This document shows positions 57,401 through 63,908 of a stretch of DNA of 64,000 nucleotides, one piece after another. The notes beneath the pieces were generated by a model that ran no database searches, was not told where the DNA came from, and saw only the letters and a list, made by a program, of their open reading frames with translations. How positions within the stretch are numbered: position 1 is the first letter of the stretch; every line of letters starts with the position of its first letter. The DNA is from Saprospiraceae bacterium (GTDB taxonomy: Bacteria; Bacteroidota; Bacteroidia; Chitinophagales; Saprospiraceae): the NCBI GenBank assembly GCA_046160345.1, contig JBJXGO010000027.1, forward strand, positions 20,135-84,134, given 5' to 3'. Position numbers and translations under genes: made by a program.

Positions 57401-58016
57401 TGGAATTGATTTTGTCCGGATACCGGATTTGTTAGAACAAGTACGCAACGAGGTTATTTTGGTGCCCTCCTACAAAAAAGACGGTAGTGCGGGAAAAATT
57501 CTGAGCATGGCTGACTTTGCCCCATTCTTGAAGGCATTCGGCCAAAAACCGCCGAAACCGACTATTTTTATGTCCTATTCGCACGAAGATTTAAAGTTGC
57601 GCGAAGAACTGGGCATTTATCTAGGCCCTGTCATCAAGCGCCTCAAGCAAGCCGATATCTGGCACGACGGGCTCATCAAACCCGGTGAGCCCTGGGATGA
57701 AGCCATCAAATCGAAACTTCGTAAGGCGGATGTAGTATTGCTTTTGATCAGTGCTCATTTTATCGATTCAGATTATAGCTGGGACAGCGAGATGCTTCCT
57801 GCGCTCGAACGGCATAAGCTGGGAGAGGCTCGCGTTATCCCCATACTTTTGTCTGATTGTAAATGGGAGGATTCGCCTTTTGCCGAATTGGAAATGGTGC
57901 CCAAAGAACCACAGAATGCCAGGCTTTTGCCTGTTACAGAATGGGATCATCGTGCAAAAGCACTCACTACGGTGGTTAAGCGTATCCAAGAGGTTTTGCA
58001 GGAGATGAAAATTTAA
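54426..58016 (+). CDS. ROCO-type multidomain protein: about 14 LRRs + Roc (Ras-like) GTPase + COR-like region + C-terminal TIR domain
   Basis: The 1196-aa product has 22-aa LRR units (LxxLxLxxNxIxDIxPLxxLxx) from about aa 100 to 415. The GTPase motifs are G1 GNSTAGKTS (55779-55805), G3 DFGGQ (55956-55970) and G4 NKLD (56211-56222). The C-terminal TIR reads TIFMSYSHEDLKLREEL...ADVVLLLISAHFIDSDYSWDSEM...VIPILL. Confidence 0.85.
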   Translation: MHKTPTPELALLLIQQNLDQLSRGEDASFLDLGNCGLTCIPSELAGLKHLKALNLGQFFVKYTGRKTINLEQYYPKDFSEFLIQESNNKGAVNRLSAEDLSEIGLNSEICCLYLTNLQLKDIGALNSFPNLEVLYLGNNELTDISPLRSNVKLRDLSLVQNKISDLSPLSNLNKLETLNLSRNKVSDLSTLAGLKNLSMLFIGNNLVSDLRPIASFSKLRLLVAFENNISSLDPLNNLVHLERIHLASNQISNGIPLQKLLKVKELNLRANQIKDISFLSSMLNLTILDMGNNVIDFLPPTLSLPYLTSLYFGNNRISDISPLSAFPALEVLDLSRNQIIDIAPLQNLSLGNLVLTGNNIQDIKPLGSLKEIGILSLEHNKIEYIEPFAFAFTSPVVLRLAGNPIKDIPLELVVSDNILKRTSSTEIDAYFKSIEGEKDVVHAAEVKIILVGNSTAGKTSLSRVLRGQPLPSLETSTHGIQIHQWKIRSSDFLDVKLVPDTPEQITVNIWDFGGQEYYHGTHQLFLDNNAIYILVWEPSTNQSAVVGTEYVIPGDVPEKLTLPVEQFHYRYWLDSIRFYASAQSDSPPPPIFMVQNKLDKEGSKVTWPEAIIFESYKVEDATALSAFLALSQKTADRAYHHRFQIFLDKLLCAIRQKALENLGRDRLAASWQHIRKAIQEATDKDTSKKALAKNPFARSADESQSLEAEKFRQACRDVIAPAIITDGEIDTLVRYLNSVGAVFYNPAVVNRVYLRPTVLTEKIYQILNQEVLRRKGRFTQSEASRALGRNQGKYAKLLIGLMARWEIIFPAPSAAATPISALRSAPVPKGPSPEEEWIATQYLPDDHPLEGLYQIAASGLEQNYFIVRSPLFHFKKALRQLVFSIGNDSKVRNKEFWKYGILFTSVEGNLRVLVKGVREENFGQILVYVEQRPENGITTQWEGEVFERIISAMTENMHPFSAPNPTQVSQTNNTDVFIRRAEKAASPQISRNGIDFVRIPDLLEQVRNEVILVPSYKKDGSAGKILSMADFAPFLKAFGQKPPKPTIFMSYSHEDLKLREELGIYLGPVIKRLKQADIWHDGLIKPGEPWDEAIKSKLRKADVVLLLISAHFIDSDYSWDSEMLPALERHKLGEARVIPILLSDCKWEDSPFAELEMVPKEPQNARLLPVTEWDHRAKALTTVVKRIQEVLQEMKI

Positions 58017-58059
58017 AAAGGGTTGGTTTTTTGGAATGGAGGAGATTACCTTTGCGGCC

Positions 58060-58242
58060 CGTTTACCCGCCGTAGCCTTGGCGAAGGCGGGTTTGGCCCT
58101 AAACGGCACACCCTTTGTTAAAGTTGGGTGGAAACAGGAAACCCGCCTACGCCCCTGCCCGCCCCTGCCCGCCAAGGCTCGACAGGCGGGAAGGCTGGCA
58201 AATAGAAGAAAACCCGCCTTCGCCAAGGCTACGGCGGGTAAA
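58060..58242. repeat. GC-rich structured repeat (element A) immediately upstream of tRNA-Val
   Basis: A perfect 33-bp inverted repeat (58060-58092 tttacccgccgtagccttggcgaaggcgggttt versus 58210-58242) encloses a core (cccgcctacgcccctgcccgcc aaggctcgacaggcgggaaggctggcaaatagaag). That core recurs in element B. Confidence 0.8.
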
Positions 58243-58316
58243 CGGGTCATAGCTCAGTTGGTTAGAGCGCCACGTTGACATCGTGGAGGTCACAGGTTCG
58301 AATCCCGTTGATCCGA
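58243..58316 (+). tRNA. tRNA-Val (anticodon GAC)
   Basis: I folded it by hand: acceptor cgggtca/tgatccg, D-arm gctc-agttggtta-gagc, anticodon stem ccacg/cgtgg with loop ttGACat, T-arm acagg-ttcgaat-cccgt (one mismatch). Confidence 0.8.
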
Positions 58317-58320
58317 CTTG

Positions 58321-58453
58321 CCCGCCGAAGCCCGGTTAGGGCGAAGGCGGGGCAAAGAAAACCCGCCTACGCCCCTGTCCGCCAAGGCTCGACAGGCGGG
58401 AAGGCAGGCAAATAGAAGGAAACCCGCCTTCGCCCTAAACGGGCTTCGGCGGG
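58321..58453. repeat. GC-rich structured repeat (element B) immediately upstream of tRNA-Pro
   Basis: A 31-bp inverted repeat (58321-58351 versus 58423-58453, one mismatch) flanks the same roughly 70-nt core as element A. Confidence 0.8.
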
Positions 58454-58457
58454 TAAA

Positions 58458-58531
58458 CGGGACGTAGCTCAGCCCGGTAGAGTACACGTCTGGGGGGCGT
58501 GTGGTCGCAAGTTCGAATCTTGTCGTCCCGA
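58458..58531 (+). tRNA. tRNA-Pro (anticodon GGG)
   Basis: I folded it by hand: acceptor cgggacg/cgtcccg, D-arm gctc-agcccggta-gagt, anticodon stem cacgt/gcgtg with loop ctGGGgg, T-arm gcaag-ttcgaat-cttgt. Confidence 0.8.
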
Positions 58532-58555
58532 CTGTTGATTTTAAGCGAGTTATTC

Positions 58556-58583
58556 CGAGTCATCGGCATGACTCGCTTTTTTT
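58556..58583 (+). terminator. Rho-independent terminator after the tRNA-Val/tRNA-Pro pair
   Basis: The cgagtcat-cggc-atgactcg hairpin has an 8-bp stem and is followed by c + 7 T. Confidence 0.7.
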
Positions 58584-58814
58584 CGCGGTGCAGATATAGT
58601 GCAGAAAATTAAAGAAAAAGATCGTGTTTACGAGGGCGTAAGTCTGATCTTTCGGGGTCAAATTTACGCCCTTTTTTGTGGATTTCGCAATATGTTTTTG
58701 GATGATTGCTTCTCTGCAATCTTTTGTATCGTACTTTACAGAAAAGCCCTTTGTTTTGCTGCTCCTCGTCTGAAGTGTGCCCCTGACTGGCAGATATTGT
58801 CCGCCTTTTACCCT

Positions 58815-58997
58815 TCAGGTTTTCAGGTTTTTCCGCACTTCCTTCCGCTTCCTTTTTTGCTTACCTCTCTCCCAGATTGTGCTGGCTACAGTATGAAAAG
58901 GTGATTTGTTTCTTCTACTCCACCATACTGCATTTTCCATGAGCCCGCGCCCCAAATTGGGGTGACGAAAATCAAAGACATGAATGATATTTATCAT
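58815..58997 (-). pseudogene. Possible remnant of a tyrosine-recombinase (integrase) C-terminus
   Basis: The minus-strand peptide IIHVFDFRHPNLGRGLMENAVWWSRRNKSPFHTVAST aligns loosely with the integrase pattern hDLRHtfAt.LlenG......kmLGHt..kTT..Y. The positions D, RH, L.EN, K and HT...T are kept, and the catalytic Tyr position is not. No upstream integrase body remains. Confidence 0.25.
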
Positions 58998-59366
58998 CTA
59001 TTTCCGAATAATTAGTGCCCCACCTTTAATCACTTAAAAAGAGATGGCAAAGTAGCTGTGATGCAGTTTTTAATACTTCAATATGCAGCAGATCAGCGAT
59101 GATAATTTTTTCGGGGGCAAATTTATGCCTCCGGATTCGCCTGACTCCCTCACACATAAGCGCGTCTCCTGTCCAAATACTGATTTTACCACGTGTCCGA
59201 AGAAAGATTGGAGTTGCGTTTCAGCAAAAGTGGGGCAGTACACCAAAAATTACGAAGATGCCTAAAACGTCATTTGACATAAAATTGAAAAAATTTGATA
59301 TAAATCGCATCGTGGAGGCGATTTGGAACAAAAATTCTCATAAAATCTAAAAAAAGAAGGAATACC

Positions 59367-60929
59367 ATGGCATGCAATATCACAATATTGAGTGTTCTCG
59401 GAACGACAGATGATGCAGGTGTACTAGTTAGTGTCACAGTCCAAGGCACTGCCCAAGATTGTACATCGCTCAAAGTAACATTGGTCTGTTCTGGACACCA
59501 CGTACAAGAAACATTGGATAATCCGGATGCGATTTGGTCGGTCACTTTTGCTGACCCGCCGGGTTGTATCTGCGACAACAACGTGATTGTAAAAGCGGAG
59601 TGCGAGGGGAATCCGAGTTGCACGGCCGTTTTCGAAGATGAATTGGATTGCCTTTGTTTGGAAGCCAGCGATATCGGTGTTGCTCCCTCTGACTGTAACG
59701 ATGAAGGTACCGAACGCGAAATGATTTTCACTTTTCCGGCTGGAACCGCTGGCAATTTGGATTATGGTGACGGGAATAACGCAGGTTTTGCAGGTGTCAT
59801 GTTAACTCATTTCTATATTCCGGGAGTTTATGATGCAATACTGAGTATAGATGGCTGCCCGGATATTTCCATTGAAGTCCATGTTCCTGAGTGCCTGCCC
59901 ACGGGTGCGTGCTGCTTTAAGGATAAGCGCTGTCAGTTGCTAACCGAAGCGGAGTGTATTGAGCAAGGCGGCGAATACCTAGGGGATGGCAAGACGTGCG
60001 ACGAGTGCCCACCCCCACTCACAGGTGCATGCTGCTTTAAGGACGGGCACTGCGAAGAAGGGCTGACCGAGGAGGAATGTCGTGCACAAAGTGGCGAATA
60101 CAGAGGGAATGGCACGACGTGCGCCGACTGCCCACCACCGCCTACGGGTGCATGCTGCTTGCCGGATGGGACTTGCGAGTTGTTGACCCAACGTGTGTGT
60201 GAATTAGAGCGGCATGGCGAATGGAAAGGTCCTGACTCAACTTGCGCCGATTGTCCGCCTCCACCCCCGCCCACGGGTGCATGCTGCTTTACGGATAGGC
60301 CCTGCGCACTTCTGACCGAAGAAGAATGCCGTGACCAAGGTGGCGAATACAGAGGGAATGATACGATGTGCGCCGACTGCCCGCCCACGGGTGCATGCTG
60401 CTTTACGGATAGGCCCTGCGCACTTCTGACCGAAGAGGAATGCCGTGTCCAAGGTGGCGAATACAGAGGGAATGATACGACGTGCGCTGATTGTCCGCCC
60501 ACAGATGACGATGATGACCGCAGTGACCGGGGCGGCTGTTTAAGTGTTAACTGCGCAACGTTGCTCTATGCCGCAATCAGTGCACTTATTATAGCAAGCA
60601 TCCTTGCAATTATCGGATGTTATGTTCCGGTGATATTGATCGTTGCTATTATCGCCGGTATAGTAGCGTTAATGCTTTTTGGCCTTTGGGCTTTGTTTTG
60701 TTACAGGTTTACACCATGTTGGGTGATGCGAAGAGTCCAATGTTTTTTGTGGTGGATGGTCGCTAGGATCATACCGGGTATCCTTATTATTGAAGTAGTG
60801 TTACTCATTTTCGGCGTTGATATATGCCCCTTGTTGGCAACGTTGGCTGCGGCGGCTGGCTGGGCATTTATATATGCCAACCTTAACGATGTAATGCGGA
60901 GGGTTGACTGCGAGCGTATTTGCCCCTAG
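59367..60929 (+). CDS. Cys-rich repeat protein: N-terminal Cys-rich region + PKD-like segment + five 'TGACC' six-cysteine repeats + Asp-rich linker + 4-5 C-terminal TM helices
   Basis: It is 520 aa. The PKD-like signature is DYGDGNNAGFAGVMLTHFYIPGVYDAILSIDG. The repeats follow TGACCfxDxxCxxLTEEECxxQGGEYRGNxTxCADCPP. The TM helices include LLYAAISALIIASILAIIGCYVPVILIVAIIAGIVALMLFGLWALF. No N-terminal signal peptide is visible, and an in-frame stop lies at 59301. Confidence 0.75.
   Translation: MACNITILSVLGTTDDAGVLVSVTVQGTAQDCTSLKVTLVCSGHHVQETLDNPDAIWSVTFADPPGCICDNNVIVKAECEGNPSCTAVFEDELDCLCLEASDIGVAPSDCNDEGTEREMIFTFPAGTAGNLDYGDGNNAGFAGVMLTHFYIPGVYDAILSIDGCPDISIEVHVPECLPTGACCFKDKRCQLLTEAECIEQGGEYLGDGKTCDECPPPLTGACCFKDGHCEEGLTEEECRAQSGEYRGNGTTCADCPPPPTGACCLPDGTCELLTQRVCELERHGEWKGPDSTCADCPPPPPPTGACCFTDRPCALLTEEECRDQGGEYRGNDTMCADCPPTGACCFTDRPCALLTEEECRVQGGEYRGNDTTCADCPPTDDDDDRSDRGGCLSVNCATLLYAAISALIIASILAIIGCYVPVILIVAIIAGIVALMLFGLWALFCYRFTPCWVMRRVQCFLWWMVARIIPGILIIEVVLLIFGVDICPLLATLAAAAGWAFIYANLNDVMRRVDCERICP
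59901..60500 (+). repeat. Five tandem coding repeats (120, 123, 129, 114, 114 nt) encoding the TGACC six-Cys module
   Basis: The units start at 59901, 60021, 60144, 60273 and 60387. The last two units differ at only a handful of nucleotides. Confidence 0.85.
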
Positions 60930-60983
60930 CACCTGCGGTAGCGGAGTATTGTATGAGTAGGTACTGAAAGGTGGAAGAATGTA

Positions 60984-61115
60984 ATGAAGAAGACGCGTTT
61001 GGGAATTAGTGTTGGCCTTGGGCAGATTGGGCACATAATCAGTGTGGCGGACCTGACCGCATTGGGGTGTGGCAAGGAATTCATTGGATACATTGGCGAT
61101 GACGTAAGGCTCTAA
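60984..61115 (+). CDS. Possible small ORF (43 aa) between the Cys-rich gene and the beta-helix gene
   Basis: The ATG at 60984 opens MKKTRLGISVGLGQIGHIISVADLTALGCGKEFIGYIGDDVRL*. The only support is that the frame is open. Confidence 0.2.
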   Translation: MKKTRLGISVGLGQIGHIISVADLTALGCGKEFIGYIGDDVRL

Positions 61116-61140
61116 AAATCAAAAATCATTTTTCTACCAT

Positions 61141-61167
61141 AACTGGTCAGCCGGAGGCTGACCAGTT
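61141..61167 (+). promoter_or_regulatory. Perfect 12-bp stem / 3-nt loop hairpin 15 nt upstream of the beta-helix gene start
   Basis: The hairpin is aactggtcagcc-gga-ggctgaccagtt. It has no T-run, so it is not a classical terminator. It could be an RNA stability or translation element. Confidence 0.45.
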
Positions 61168-61181
61168 ACAAATCAACAATC

Positions 61182-63908
61182 ATGGAAATCCTATCTGAAA
61201 TAATAGTCTTAAGGAATGAAGAGCAATATTTGCTCTCTGCTGGCGAGGAGGTGAGTTTCCCTTTCGACTGGCCTAATGGAATCCTCGTGGATCCGAATGT
61301 AGACCCGTCTTCACATTCATATTTGTTGCACTATCAAGTTGAGAGCATGAACGCTAGCGATGGCGAAATCGCCGTATATATCAATAATAGTGACGGGCAG
61401 GCGGTTCACACAGAGACTTTCCGTTCGGGGAGCGAAAATGTATTTGTGGAAGGGATTCTTCCGGCGGACGTTTTCAATAACCTCCCGGAAACGAATACCT
61501 TTGTTTTTAGACTGGAAAGCCCGGCGGGCAGCACCATCACGTTTTCCAACGTGTTGCTGTGGTTTCCGGTTCAGGGAAAACAGACCCTTGGAACAAATGT
61601 CAAAGCCGCGCCCTTCTTTGCCCGTGGAGATGGAGTTTCTAACGACACCGACGCAATCCAGAAAGCGATAGAATATGTTTGGGCTAAACGCGGCGGTGGT
61701 ACGCTATTATTCCCCGCCGGAGAGTACGTCATCTACGCCCCCGGACTCGTCATTCCACGTGGAGGGTATGATAAAAGGCTGATATTCCGCGGCGAAGGAC
61801 GGAGTGCTACTTTATTGTCCGGCGGCAGCGGCGACCATCGCCTCGACTCCTATACGCCTCTAATCCGCTATGATGACGACTCCAATCAACATGCCTACAA
61901 CCATATTTGGGAAGACATGACGATAGAACGCGGAAATCCAGGGCCGGTCTTTGTCCACGCTCATTCTCACAGTGATTTAGAACAGAGAGCTATTGGTTGT
62001 GTATTTCGCAATATAGAGTTCCGGAGCCTTAGCCGTATCAGAATTAAACTTGACAATGATAATAATAAACTAGATAATGATAATAACACTGTCAGTATTA
62101 ATGATATTATTATTAACTATACTGATTTCTTTACCGCCCTAGACGAGGGGCAAGTACCCGACAACCTCGACAACCTGCTGCATCTGGAAGATTTATTTCC
62201 AAAATTAGGTGAACAAATACCGACCAGAGAGGCTTATGTGGAAGTCGAACAACTTGGATGCAGGTGGACAATTGTCGATGTAAAACCTGAAGAAAATGAG
62301 GCAACGGAGTATGTCATCCGAAAATTCATACCATTACCAATAGATGCCAATCACCAACCAGAACTCAATGTGCACTTGGGCACAGGCCTTATGTTTAGCC
62401 TTGAACGCCTGTATATAAATACCTGGATTAAAGTACTGGATACAGTGGGATTATTGGCTATCTCCTGCTTCTTTAGAGCACACGACATAACTCTTACGAA
62501 CAATGCTACTTTTGAAGTCCAACAAACTGGCAAAAAATGGAAGATTATTGATTCCTTCAAGGTTTATATTATCCAGAAGGCGGACCAAACACTCAACGTT
62601 TTTCAGGACGATGATAAAATCTTTGGAATTGGGTTTGATGAACTGATTTACGAAATTGACAAAGAGAAAGTTTCCGGAGTACTTTGCCTATTTGAATCAC
62701 ACGGCCAAATCCTTTCAGAGAATGCCATTATTAAAGTCATAAAAACCGGAAATAGATGGAAAGTCCTTGATTTAGGCAAGGAATATGTCATCTGGAAAGT
62801 GGACGATAGGCTCTACGTTTACCTTAGCAGAGCGGCGACGCGAATAGAAGGAATGCTTAACTGCGTCCTCGACACGGTGTCCATTAATGGCGGCGTGACA
62901 GCACTCCGTTTGGAAGGCTCACACTTCACGACTATCAACCTACATACCACCGACGATCATAGTCAAGTGAACGCCATCGATGTCGACGGCCGTAACGCGA
63001 CAATGATCAGCACCCGGATAGAGGCTTGTGAGGGTGGCTACGGCCTGCGTCTCAATAACTCCCATAACGTCGTCCTCGAGGGCATCTGGTTTGAGGGCAA
63101 ACGAACACATCCGCGAATCGAGATAATGGATGGCTCATACGGCATCACGATTCTAAATCCTGCGTTAGCGCAACCGAGCATGGAGCATATTATCGGCCTT
63201 CTGGTGCATCGCGGCGTGTCAAACGTCCGGGTGATTGGTGGCGTGACAGGGAATTTCAAGGATACCCATGGCTGCTATGCGCTGAAAGTTGAAAATGGGG
63301 CTCGGCAGATACATATAGAGCGGCTTGATGGACTCCTTGGCATGTCGAGTAACGGCTCCTTCGGGAAGGCTTGCTGGGTCGAAGAGGGCGCCTACGATGT
63401 GGTCATCGAAGCCAATATTAACGGTGCGAAAGGTGACCAGATTGTTTACAAGGCGGGACTAATTTGGTCCGCCACTAATTATGAAGGTAATACAAGCCCC
63501 GACTTTCGAATAGACAATTTCGATATTTTCAACGTCGAGTATGAGGTGGTCGGTGATATCAAGCGAATAGTGTATGGTGGCGAGCCAAGCGGTTACGAAG
63601 GCCAGATCATAAGGCTGCTATTTAAGAACGGCAACGCGACCGTCAAAAGCTGCGAAGGAAATATTCGACTCAGCGACAATGCCCACTTTGATTCGCATGA
63701 AGGCGACACCCTTTCGCTTATCTGCAACGGCAAGGATGAGTGGTTCGAAATCGGACGGAGCAGAGGGTGTAAATGTCCGCCAACGAATTATCCGCCTATT
63801 CCGCAAGATAATGTGCTTCCAGATTGGTTGAGCTGGGTGATAGGCCCGATAAATGACTGGTTGAGAGATCTTAAAGATCGGTTGAGAGGCCTGCTGCGCC
63901 GTTTATGA
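61182..63908 (+). CDS. Pectate_lyase_3-type right-handed beta-helix protein (tailspike/depolymerase-like) with inserted triple repeat
   Basis: It is 908 aa. The sequence ARGDGVSNDTDAIQKAIEYVWAKRGGGTLLFPAGEYVI is the classic N-cap of the pectate-lyase-3/tailspike family, and PbH1-like coils follow at aa 550-780. An insert of about 260 aa carries three related modules (VEQLGCRWTIVD...YVIRKF; VQQTGKKWKIID...YIIQK; VIKTGNRWKVLD...YVIWK). No signal peptide is visible. Confidence 0.75.
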   Translation: MEILSEIIVLRNEEQYLLSAGEEVSFPFDWPNGILVDPNVDPSSHSYLLHYQVESMNASDGEIAVYINNSDGQAVHTETFRSGSENVFVEGILPADVFNNLPETNTFVFRLESPAGSTITFSNVLLWFPVQGKQTLGTNVKAAPFFARGDGVSNDTDAIQKAIEYVWAKRGGGTLLFPAGEYVIYAPGLVIPRGGYDKRLIFRGEGRSATLLSGGSGDHRLDSYTPLIRYDDDSNQHAYNHIWEDMTIERGNPGPVFVHAHSHSDLEQRAIGCVFRNIEFRSLSRIRIKLDNDNNKLDNDNNTVSINDIIINYTDFFTALDEGQVPDNLDNLLHLEDLFPKLGEQIPTREAYVEVEQLGCRWTIVDVKPEENEATEYVIRKFIPLPIDANHQPELNVHLGTGLMFSLERLYINTWIKVLDTVGLLAISCFFRAHDITLTNNATFEVQQTGKKWKIIDSFKVYIIQKADQTLNVFQDDDKIFGIGFDELIYEIDKEKVSGVLCLFESHGQILSENAIIKVIKTGNRWKVLDLGKEYVIWKVDDRLYVYLSRAATRIEGMLNCVLDTVSINGGVTALRLEGSHFTTINLHTTDDHSQVNAIDVDGRNATMISTRIEACEGGYGLRLNNSHNVVLEGIWFEGKRTHPRIEIMDGSYGITILNPALAQPSMEHIIGLLVHRGVSNVRVIGGVTGNFKDTHGCYALKVENGARQIHIERLDGLLGMSSNGSFGKACWVEEGAYDVVIEANINGAKGDQIVYKAGLIWSATNYEGNTSPDFRIDNFDIFNVEYEVVGDIKRIVYGGEPSGYEGQIIRLLFKNGNATVKSCEGNIRLSDNAHFDSHEGDTLSLICNGKDEWFEIGRSRGCKCPPTNYPPIPQDNVLPDWLSWVIGPINDWLRDLKDRLRGLLRRL
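62046..62087 (+). repeat. 21-nt tandem duplication in an AT-rich stretch of the beta-helix gene (KLDNDNN x2)
   Basis: The two adjacent units are aaacttgacaatgataataat and aaactagataatgataataac. Confidence 0.8.

Noticed and set aside
58036-58487. Possible CRISPR array or small ORFs (58036..58278, 57768..58250, 58290..58487) in the repeat-rich region around the tRNAs
   Set aside because: There are only two repeat copies, each internally palindromic and fused to a tRNA gene, with no regular repeat-spacer periodicity. The ORFs are translations of GC-rich inverted repeats (PAVALAKAG... appears on both strands).
58599-58904. 101-aa + ORF in the gap after tRNA-Pro. The same applies to 59083..59265 and 59099..59350.
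   Set aside because: They are Phe/Cys/Leu-rich translations of AT- and pyrimidine-rich non-coding sequence, with no motifs and no promoter box. They were treated as non-coding remnants.
59933-60502. 189-aa minus-strand ORF with an internal repeat (…HAPVGG…SAH…), plus 59270..59755
   Set aside because: It is antisense to the Cys-rich repeat gene, and its apparent repetitiveness simply mirrors the sense-strand repeats. The sense frame has the coherent six-Cys module and TM helices.
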